Source of the DNA: a virus
Lineage: Duplodnaviria; Heunggongvirae; Uroviricota; Caudoviricetes
IMG/VR virus record: IMGVR_UViG_2896607866_000008
Span: 1-17,607 of that record
Length of the DNA stretch: 17,607 nucleotides
Strand: one strand, 5' to 3'
In this document: positions 10,670 through 17,607 of the stretch, piece after piece
Layout: each line of letters starts with the position of its first letter
Position numbering within the stretch: the stretch's first letter is position 1
Translations under genes and position numbers: made by a program
Notes under the pieces: model-generated
Told to the model about the DNA's origin: nothing
Seen by the model: only the letters and a program-made list of their open reading frames with translations
Databases searched by the model: none

Positions 10670-10972
10670 ATGAGCAGAAAAACCCAACGTTACTCTAAAG
10701 AGTTCAAAGCCGAAGCTGTCAGAACGGTTCTTGAAAATCAACTTTCGATCAGTGAAGGCGCTTCCCGATTATCCCTTCCTGAAGGCACTTTAGGACAATG
10801 GGTTACCGCCGCCAGAAAAGGGCTCGGTACTCCTGGTTCCCGCACGGTGGCTGAACTGGAATCTGAAATTCTGCAACTGCGTAAGGCGTTAAATGAAGCT
10901 CGCCTTGAGCGAGATATATTAAAAAAAGCAACAGCGTATTTTGCACAGGAGTCGCTGAAAAATACGCGTTAA
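10670..10972 (+). CDS. IS600 transposase OrfA (100 aa)
   Basis: MSRKTQRYSKEFKAEAVRTVLENQLSISEGASRLSLPEGTLGQWV...; an A7G slippery run lies near its 3' end. Confidence 0.9.
   Translation: MSRKTQRYSKEFKAEAVRTVLENQLSISEGASRLSLPEGTLGQWVTAARKGLGTPGSRTVAELESEILQLRKALNEARLERDILKKATAYFAQESLKNTR
10921..10928 (+). promoter_or_regulatory. IS600 putative -1 frameshift slippery run (AAAAAAAG)
   Basis: Read directly near the end of orfA, with orfB in the -1 frame downstream; frameshifting is inferred by analogy with other IS3-family elements. Confidence 0.5.
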
Positions 10973-11007
10973 TCGAACAATGGCGACAACAATTTCCCAT
11001 TGAAGCG

Positions 11008-11826
11008 ATGTGTCAGGTATTTGGTGTATCCAGGAGCGGTTATTACAACTGGGTACAGCATGAACCCTCAGACAGAAAACAAAGTGATGAGCGGCTAAAA
11101 CTGGAGATTAAGGTGGCACATATCCGCACTCGCGAAACATATGGAACCCGGCGGCTCCAGACGGAGCTGGCAGAGAATGGCATCATCGTTGGTCGTGACC
11201 GACTGGCACGTCTTCGTAAGGAGCTAAGGCTACGCTGTAAGCAGAAACGCAAGTTCAGAGCGACTACGAACCCGAACCACAATCTGCCAGTTGCGCCAAA
11301 TCTGCTGAACCAGACGTTCGCTCCTACAGCACCAAATCAGGTCTGGGTGGCGGACCTGACGTATGTTGCCACACAGGAGGGATGGTTGTACCTCGCTGGC
11401 ATCAAAGATGTTTATACGTGCGAAATTGTCGGCTACGCCATGGGAGAGCGCATGACAAAAGAGCTGACAGGTAAAGCCCTGTTTATGGCGCTCAGGAGCC
11501 AGCGCCCACCTGCCGGGCTAATCCACCACTCTGATCGAGGTTCACAGTACTGCGCATACGATTACCGGGTCATACAGGAGCAGTCTGGTCTGAAAACATC
11601 AATGTCGCGTAAAGGTAACTGTTACGACAACGCTCCGATGGAAAGCTTCTGGGGAACGCTGAAAAATGAGAGCCTGAGCCACTATCGTTTTAATAACCGG
11701 GATGAAGCCATCTCAGTAATACGGGAATACATTGAGATTTTCTACAATCGTCAGCGTCGTCACTCTCGTCTGGGGAATATCTCCCCGGCAGCCTTCAGGG
11801 AAAAATATCATCAGATGGCTGCTTAA
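11008..11826 (+). CDS. IS600 transposase OrfB (DDE domain, 272 aa from first Met)
   Basis: ...NQVWVADLTYVATQEGWLYLAGIKDVYTCEIVGYAMG...HHSDRGSQYCA... typical IS3-family DDE transposase. Confidence 0.9.
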   Translation: MCQVFGVSRSGYYNWVQHEPSDRKQSDERLKLEIKVAHIRTRETYGTRRLQTELAENGIIVGRDRLARLRKELRLRCKQKRKFRATTNPNHNLPVAPNLLNQTFAPTAPNQVWVADLTYVATQEGWLYLAGIKDVYTCEIVGYAMGERMTKELTGKALFMALRSQRPPAGLIHHSDRGSQYCAYDYRVIQEQSGLKTSMSRKGNCYDNAPMESFWGTLKNESLSHYRFNNRDEAISVIREYIEIFYNRQRRHSRLGNISPAAFREKYHQMAA

Positions 11827-12142
11827 AAAAAGAACAAATGGTAGTGTCCGCTATTGCCAGTACACCTCAGTAATCCATTTCGACTATAACTGACAGGTCA
11901 TCACGACGTATGACTGCGTATTTGCTACTAAATAGTTTCTTTATTTTTTCCACGATGCCTCCAAGTTTATAAGTACAAACGGTTATATCCACATAGAGAC
12001 AAAAATATTAATCTGAAAAACATTTATTTCACGCCGTATATTTGATTGTTTAATGTGCAAGTACAATGACTTTTATTTTTTGTTGTGTATATAATCAAAT
12101 ATATGGTTATTTTTCACCCTGCGTATTCAGCACGCAACAAAA

Positions 12143-12162
12143 AACCCGCCGAAGCGGGTTTA
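12143..12162 (-). terminator. Rho-independent terminator at the 3' end of the hok mRNA
   Basis: AACCCGC-CGAA-GCGGGTT hairpin; on the minus strand it is followed by TTTTTTGTTG, on the plus strand only by TTT. Confidence 0.6.
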
Positions 12163-12228
12163 GTGCGGGTGCGTTGAGGATGCCTGACACATGAGAGGTG
12201 GCGAGGGATTTCTCCCCCGCCTGGTCTC

Positions 12229-12384
12229 TTACTCCTCAGGTTCGTAAGCTGTGAAGACAGCGACCTCCGTCTGGCCGGTTCGGATTCGTACCTCGCAGAG
12301 GTCTTTCCTCGTTACCAGTGCCGTCACTATGACGGTTAAACAGATGACGATCAGGGCGATTAACATCGCCTTTTGCTGCTTCAT
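12229..12384 (-). CDS. hokD: Hok/Gef family type I toxin (51 aa), HokD/RelF-like
   Basis: Translation MKQQKAMLIALIVICLTVIVTALVTRKDLCEVRIRTGQTEVAVFTAYEPEE read directly; matches the Hok/Gef consensus and, to my recollection, E. coli HokD (RelF) specifically. Strong SD (AGGAG) 8 nt upstream. Confidence 0.85.
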   Translation of the reverse strand: MKQQKAMLIALIVICLTVIVTALVTRKDLCEVRIRTGQTEVAVFTAYEPEE

Positions 12385-12441
12385 AGCCTGCTTCTCCTTG
12401 CCTTTCGGCACGTAAGAGGCTAACCTACATTTGTGAGACAT
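12229..12441 (-). CDS. Mok-like overlapping reading frame (70 aa, in-frame N-terminal extension of Hok)
   Basis: An in-frame ATG 19 codons upstream of the hok start (MSHKCRLASYVPKGKEKQA-) with a GAGG SD; the same architecture as mokC/hokC, which share a stop codon. Confidence 0.55.
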   Translation of the reverse strand: MSHKCRLASYVPKGKEKQAMKQQKAMLIALIVICLTVIVTALVTRKDLCEVRIRTGQTEVAVFTAYEPEE

Positions 12442-12723
12442 AGATTGGGCCTCAGATTAATGTTAAGCGTCTTGCAGGACGCGTAATGTTAACTGGGGCT
12501 TTTCTCTGTCTGCCTTACAGTGGCATGCCCGAGGCAGACAGCCTCAAGCACCCGCAGCAATCTTACCGATACCGATAAGAAAACGCTATTTTTTATTGCC
12601 AGCACCTTCTATCCAGGCTAATTTATCTGCGTCAGAACGGCGCAATGCGCTCGCCTGAGATACGTTTACTTGCCATGGTAACAACAGGTAACGGCAATTG
12701 CTGTTTCTGTTTTGTTTCCTTCA

Positions 12724-12757
12724 AAAACCCCGGACCATCAATCCGGGGTTTTTGTTT
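12724..12757. terminator. Bidirectional rho-independent terminator
   Basis: AAAACCCCGG-(9-nt loop)-CCGGGGTTTT flanked by A-runs and T-runs on both sides; it lies 2 nt downstream of the 27-aa ORF stop on the minus strand. Confidence 0.6.
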
Positions 12758-12758
12758 G

Positions 12759-12842
12759 TTAACCCCAACGGCAAATCGAATACACCACCAGCGCCACCGC
12801 CATCGCAATTCCTACCGTGGTGAATGCCTCAGGCCAGGTCAT
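12759..12842 (-). CDS. Small hydrophobic peptide (27 aa, MTWPEAFTTVGIAMAVALVVYSICRWG), translationally coupled to the DUF551 gene
   Basis: Not in the ORF track (too short). Its ATG overlaps the TGA of the upstream gene (AATCAATGACC), a GGAGGT SD sits 6 nt upstream, it has a single predicted transmembrane helix, and it is followed at once by a terminator. Confidence 0.35.
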   Translation of the reverse strand: MTWPEAFTTVGIAMAVALVVYSICRWG

Positions 12843-13204
12843 TGATTCACCTCCTGCGGTGGTTCCGGTAGCGGCATCCAGTGAGTTGAGCTCTCTACTT
12901 CAACGCCGTCTTTGTCCACAAAAGCCATCTTATTCCCGCCACGAGTGGGGCAAAAAACCTTATCCCAGGAACCGGGGAATACATTCCCGAGATCATCGAG
13001 AAGAATCACATCGCAATATTCAGCAGGAACTGCATCACTACAGCTTATCCAGCCAGCCAGAGTTACCGGAGAGTTGCCAGCCTTACGCATGGCCATTTCC
13101 ACGATTTCAACCATATCTCCTGGTGGAATTTTACAAAGTTGCCCAATACATTTCTGCTGCCTGGCATATTCGAGAATGTGCTCCAATTTGGTTCGATTAA
13201 TCAT
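12839..13204 (-). CDS. DUF551-family phage protein (121 aa)
   Basis: C-terminal ...THWMPLPEPP motif characteristic of DUF551 proteins of lambdoid prophage early regions; TAATG overlap with the upstream gene. Confidence 0.55.
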   Translation of the reverse strand: MINRTKLEHILEYARQQKCIGQLCKIPPGDMVEIVEMAMRKAGNSPVTLAGWISCSDAVPAEYCDVILLDDLGNVFPGSWDKVFCPTRGGNKMAFVDKDGVEVESSTHWMPLPEPPQEVNQ

Positions 13205-13869
13205 TATTTATCTCCCTTAAGCATGGCAGCGCGGCAGGCGTTCCAGCCATCAACATAATCAAACGTATTACTATCGTTTGGCCCGATTTCATCCGGCACT
13301 ATCGGCTCTGGTTGGATAGTGACGTTGGCAAAGGCAGCACGCAAACCGGTTTTAATTTCTTCGATTTCATCAGAGCCAAGCGATGAATCTGACAGTGCGT
13401 GATGGAATGCGTAAGCCATGTCGTCGTTTACTGCAACCGGCACTGCCGGCGCTGCGTAAAGCGGTGTTATATCTGCCCGAAAATCACATGCTTTATGCAG
13501 TCGTACCCAACGCTCAACTTCCGCTTTGTCAAAATATATAGCAGTGAACGTATTAGATTCCTGGTCAACTTGAGTAAACGTCACCTTCCACGCTACAGCT
13601 ACGGCTTTCCATCCATCAGGTTGTCGCATTCGCGGGGCAGCATAAAGCTCATGCATTCCATCAGGCAGCGAGTGACCCACATACTCACCGAACCCGTCAA
13701 TACACATGCCCCCATCTTCAACAATGCATTCCGCTACAGGCTCTGCTTCCAGTGATGCCAGAGCGATAAGCGCCAGTTCACGAATTTCACCGCCGTCTAT
13801 ATCGTCAATATCATCGCGGCCAGAAATGTTAGCCAGCCATTGCAGTCGCTCTTTGGTAATAGTGGTCAT
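13204..13869 (-). CDS. Hypothetical phage protein (221 aa, acidic, two LYAAP-containing segments)
   Basis: ORF tightly coupled on both sides (ATGA overlap with HNH upstream, TAATG with DUF551 downstream); SD GAAGGGG. No recognisable catalytic motif. Confidence 0.5.
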   Translation of the reverse strand: MTTITKERLQWLANISGRDDIDDIDGGEIRELALIALASLEAEPVAECIVEDGGMCIDGFGEYVGHSLPDGMHELYAAPRMRQPDGWKAVAVAWKVTFTQVDQESNTFTAIYFDKAEVERWVRLHKACDFRADITPLYAAPAVPVAVNDDMAYAFHHALSDSSLGSDEIEEIKTGLRAAFANVTIQPEPIVPDEIGPNDSNTFDYVDGWNACRAAMLKGDK

Positions 13870-14231
13870 GCCGTAGCCCCTTCTTGATATTTTTCAAACC
13901 AGAACACAACCGGGTCAGATTTCATTTCAACCAATCCCATACGAACCAGCGCTTTGCCTTTCCCGGACGCAAGGAATTCACGACGACCATCACTGATAAT
14001 TCGTCGATAATCTTCCAGGCTACTGCAATGCTTGTGCAGATTGCATGGGTGGCATTCTGGTACCATGTTGGATATATCGTCACGTTCCTGGTGAAGCATA
14101 TTTCCATCAAAACGAATGACCGGTTTTACATGGTCTGCATGCCACTTTTCGCCAAGTTCGCAGCCGCAATAAGCGCAGCGACCACCGAACTTCATGCGCA
14201 GTTCTGCACGTTGTTTTTTCGTCAGTGCCAT
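13866..14231 (-). CDS. HNH endonuclease (121 aa from MALTKK; the ORF track shows a longer 151-aa frame from 14321)
   Basis: CAYCGCELGEKWHADHVKPV....CHPCNLHK is an HNH motif with two Cys pairs. The start at 14231 is preferred because of an AAGGA SD and the immediately preceding stop of the 72-aa ORF. Confidence 0.75.
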   Translation of the reverse strand: MALTKKQRAELRMKFGGRCAYCGCELGEKWHADHVKPVIRFDGNMLHQERDDISNMVPECHPCNLHKHCSSLEDYRRIISDGRREFLASGKGKALVRMGLVEMKSDPVVFWFEKYQEGATA

Positions 14232-14232
14232 A

Positions 14233-14451
14233 TCAGCTTTCCTTATACGGATTAATTTTATTGTGCAGTGTGTTGAATGACGCCCATACCACGTCGTTAT
14301 ACAATTCAATAACTGGCTCAATTATTTTTCCGATTATCCAGACAAAAATTAGCGGGGATATCGGTGTCATCAACACGATAAACAGAATGAGAAACAGGAA
14401 TTCTGTTGTTCTACTCTTTCGCGGATATTTTTTTCTAAATAATGTAACCAT
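14233..14451 (-). CDS. Small predicted membrane protein (72 aa), coupled to the HNH gene
   Basis: Hydrophobic stretch FLFLILFIVLMTPISPLIFVWIIGKII; its stop is 1 nt before the HNH ATG. The SD is weak, so coding status is uncertain. Confidence 0.35.
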   Translation of the reverse strand: MVTLFRKKYPRKSRTTEFLFLILFIVLMTPISPLIFVWIIGKIIEPVIELYNDVVWASFNTLHNKINPYKES

Positions 14452-14457
14452 TCATTA

Positions 14458-14473
14458 CCGCCCTTTCGGGCGG
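14458..14473 (-). other. GC-rich stem-loop (CCGCCC-TTTC-GGGCGG) in the intergenic space between the truncated upstream gene and the 72-aa ORF
   Basis: Perfect 6-bp stem with 4-nt loop read directly; AU-rich but no clean U-tract after it on the minus strand. Confidence 0.3.
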
Positions 14474-14543
14474 TCTCCTGATGATTTGAGGGTGCAGAAA
14501 TCCCTCCGGTTAAGGATTAAATTTTTAACAGTGCTAAATTTAA

Positions 14544-14769
14544 TTATTCAGTTCTGGATTTTGTCGCCCTGCGTATCCGCGCTTTCGCATTACGCTCAAT
14601 CTGTATCAGCTTTTCTATATTTCTCCGCCTTTCCTGTTCCTCCTGGCGCAATAGTCTTACATCATCTGCCAGTCTGGTTTCTCTTTTTGCCACAGAGAGC
14701 ATCCAGTCAAACGGCTCCACAACCGCACCGCAGATTTTACAGCGGACCTGACGCTCTTTTTCGTCAACC
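14544..14769 (-). pseudogene. 3' fragment (75 codons) of an unknown gene, 5'-truncated by IS911 copy 2
   Basis: Open frame ...VDEKERQVRCKICGAVVEPFDWMLSVAKRETRLADDVRLLRQEEQERRRNIEKLIQIERNAKARIRRATKSRTE-stop runs directly out of the IS911 right end at 14770. Confidence 0.35.
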
Positions 14770-14777
14770 TGAAGTGG

Positions 14778-15931
<1,154 letters not shown>

Positions 15932-16000
15932 TGGAGCACCTGTGTTGTTCTGAGGTGAGCATATCACCTCTGTTCAGGTGGCCAAATTCAGTGTGCCACT

Positions 16001-16857
16001 TCAGGTATTTGGTGTATCCAGGAGCGGTTATTACAACTGGGTACAGCATGAACCCTCAGACAGAAAACAAAGTGATGAGCGGCTAAAACTGGAGATTAAG
16101 GTGGCACATATCCGCACTCGCGAAACATATGGAACCCGGCGGCTCCAGACGGAGCTGGCAGAGAATGGCATCATCGTTGGTCGTGACCGACTGGCACGTC
16201 TTCGTAAGGAGCTAAGGCTACGCTGTAAGCAGAAACGCAAGTTCAGAGCGACTACGAACCCGAACCACAATCTGCCAGTTGCGCCAAATCTGCTGAACCA
16301 GACGTTCGCTCCTACAGCACCAAATCAGGTCTGGGTGGCGGACCTGACGTATGTTGCCACACAGGAGGGATGGTTGTACCTCGCTGGCATCAAAGATGTT
16401 TATACGTGCGAAATTGTCGGCTACGCCATGGGAGAGCGCATGACAAAAGAGCTGACAGGTAAAGCCCTGTTTATGGCGCTCAGGAGCCAGCGCCCACCTG
16501 CCGGGCTAATCCACCACTCTGATCGAGGTTCACAGTACTGCGCATACGATTACCGGGTCATACAGGAGCAGTCTGGTCTGAAAACATCAATGTCGCGTAA
16601 AGGTAACTGTTACGACAACGCTCCGATGGAAAGCTTCTGGGGAACGCTGAAAAATGAGAGCCTGAGCCACTATCGTTTTAATAACCGGGATGAAGCCATC
16701 TCAGTAATACGGGAATACATTGAGATTTTCTACAATCGTCAGCGTCGTCACTCTCGTCTGGGGAATATCTCCCCGGCAGCCTTCAGGGAAAAATATCATC
16801 AGATGGCTGCTTAAAAAAAGAACAAATGGTAGTGTCCGCTATTGCCAGTACACCTCA
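16001..16857 (+). mobile_element. IS600, 5'-truncated partial copy (lacks about the first 408 bp including the left end and orfA); junction with the IS911 left end at about 16001-16003
   Basis: Sequence from GGTATTTGGTGTATCCAGGAGCGG onward is co-linear with copy 1 from 11013 onward; the right end ...GTACACCTCA is at 16857. Confidence 0.85.
16004..16814 (+). pseudogene. IS600 orfB lacking its orfA partner and frameshift context (the ORF-track protein MAKFSVPLQ... has an IS911-derived chimeric N-terminus)
   Basis: The OrfB sequence is identical to copy 1 from QVFGVSRSGYY onward; the upstream 26 nt of the ORF belong to the IS911 end. Confidence 0.7.
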
Positions 16858-17293
16858 GGACGCCTGCATCAAAACGTTCAGAAACGACATCGGTCAAACC
16901 ATAATCAATGGTAAGCTGAATATCAATTTCAGGATGCGATTTCAGGAATGTGCGCATGGCTGGTAACAATATCGTTTTTGCTGCATGTTCTACAGTAGTA
17001 ATACGTATTGTCCCGGATGGGCGGTTCTGCAGATCGCTCAGGGATGTCAGGGCAGAATCTATGTCATGCAATATAGGGCCAAGAACAGACAAAAGATGCT
17101 CGCCCGCTTCAGTGGGTACAACGCTGCGCGTGGTTCGCGTCAGAAGCCGCAATCCCAATCGTTCTTCTATACGGCGCACTATCTGGCTTAAAGCTGACTG
17201 CGCCATGCTCAGGCGGGCTGCTGCGCGAGTGAAGCTACGCTCCTCTGCAACGACGACAAACGCCATCAGATCAGCGATTTCTTCACGCTTCAT
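16858..17293 (-). pseudogene. LysR-family transcriptional regulator, 3'-truncated by the IS600 insertion (about 145 native codons remain)
   Basis: N-terminal HTH MKREEIADLMAFVVVAEERSFTRAAARLSMAQSALSQIVRRIEERLGLRLLTRTTRSV is the classic LysR signature; the frame runs into the IS600 right end at 16857, giving a chimeric tail. Confidence 0.75.
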
Positions 17294-17430
17294 TCAGTAT
17301 CTCCATACAATCTATTAATCATTTAAATGATAGGTCTAATCATGATTTAGGGTCTAATCAACTTAATGATCAATATCTATAGTGATATCACCAACCGTCA
17401 AAACGAACCGACAACTCCATGAGGAACTGA

Positions 17431-17566
17431 ATGATGAATAATAAAGTCAGCTTCACTAACAGCAATAATCCAACCATCTCTTTGTCTGCAGTGATCTATT
17501 TCCCTCCAAAATTTGATGAAACCCGTCAGTATCCGGCAATTGTGGTATCTCACCCAGGTGGGGGCG
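17431..17566 (+). pseudogene. Dienelactone hydrolase-like / alpha-beta hydrolase gene, 5' 45 codons only, interrupted by IS2
   Basis: MMNNKVSFTNSNNPTISLSAVIYFPPKFDETRQYPAIVVSHPGGGV, then the reading frame enters the IS2 terminal repeat. Divergent from the LysR gene. The hydrolase family assignment is from memory of similar N-termini. Confidence 0.5.
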
Positions 17567-17607
17567 TGGATTTGCCCCTATATTTCCAGACATCTGTTAT
17601 CACTTAA
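17567..17607 (-). mobile_element. IS2 terminal inverted repeat (right end, element continues beyond the window)
   Basis: TGGATTTGCCCCTATATTTCCAGACATCTGTTATCACTTAA matches the IS2 right inverted repeat as I recall it; only 41 bp fall in the window. Confidence 0.7.

Larger units (their letters stand above)
10605..11869 (+). mobile_element. IS600 (IS3 family), complete copy of about 1265 bp
   Basis: Left end TGAGGTAGCCTGAGTTTAACGGACACTCC and right end GGTAGTGTCCGCTATTGCCAGTACACCTCA are imperfect inverted repeats; the orfA product MSRKTQRYSKEFKAEAVRTVLENQ... and the orfB product match IS600 as I recall it. Confidence 0.9.

Noticed and set aside
11043-11282. 79-aa minus-strand ORF inside IS600 (and its copy at 16031-16270)
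   Set aside because: Antisense to IS600 orfB; Ser/Arg-rich low-complexity shadow ORF.

Overview
The window reads as an Enterobacteriaceae chromosomal region (Shigella/E. coli-like) in an advanced state of IS-mediated decay. All calls rest on reading the supplied ORF translations and sequence against remembered protein families and IS end sequences; no searches were run. Left 9.2 kb, all on the minus strand: a cryptic prophage tail/baseplate module (truncated terminase ATPase domain, small ORFs, baseplate spike V-like, W/gp25-like, J-like, a frameshifted I/YmfQ-like gene, a P2 gpH-type tail fibre with its Tfa chaperone, then a second lambda Stf-type fibre N-terminal fragment with its own chaperone). 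No portal, capsid, sheath, tube or tape-measure genes are present, so it is a remnant resembling the e14-type cryptic element. Middle: a full IS911 (9254-10503, +) and a full IS600 (10605-11869, +), then a 2.9 kb lambdoid-prophage fragment (minus strand) carrying an apparently intact hok/mok type I toxin locus (HokD/RelF-like) and a tightly coupled operon (small membrane protein, HNH endonuclease, 221-aa unknown, DUF551 protein, 27-aa hydrophobic peptide). Right: a second IS911 in inverted orientation (14770-16003, with a 15-bp in-frame deletion in orfB) abutting a 5'-truncated IS600, which in turn truncates a LysR-family regulator; finally a dienelactone-hydrolase-like gene start is cut by an IS2 end at the window edge. 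I found no rRNA, tRNA or CRISPR array. The most interesting candidates are the hok/mok locus, the uncharacterised HNH/DUF551 operon with its unannotated 27-aa coupled peptide, and the inverted IS911 pair that could invert the 4.3 kb segment between them.
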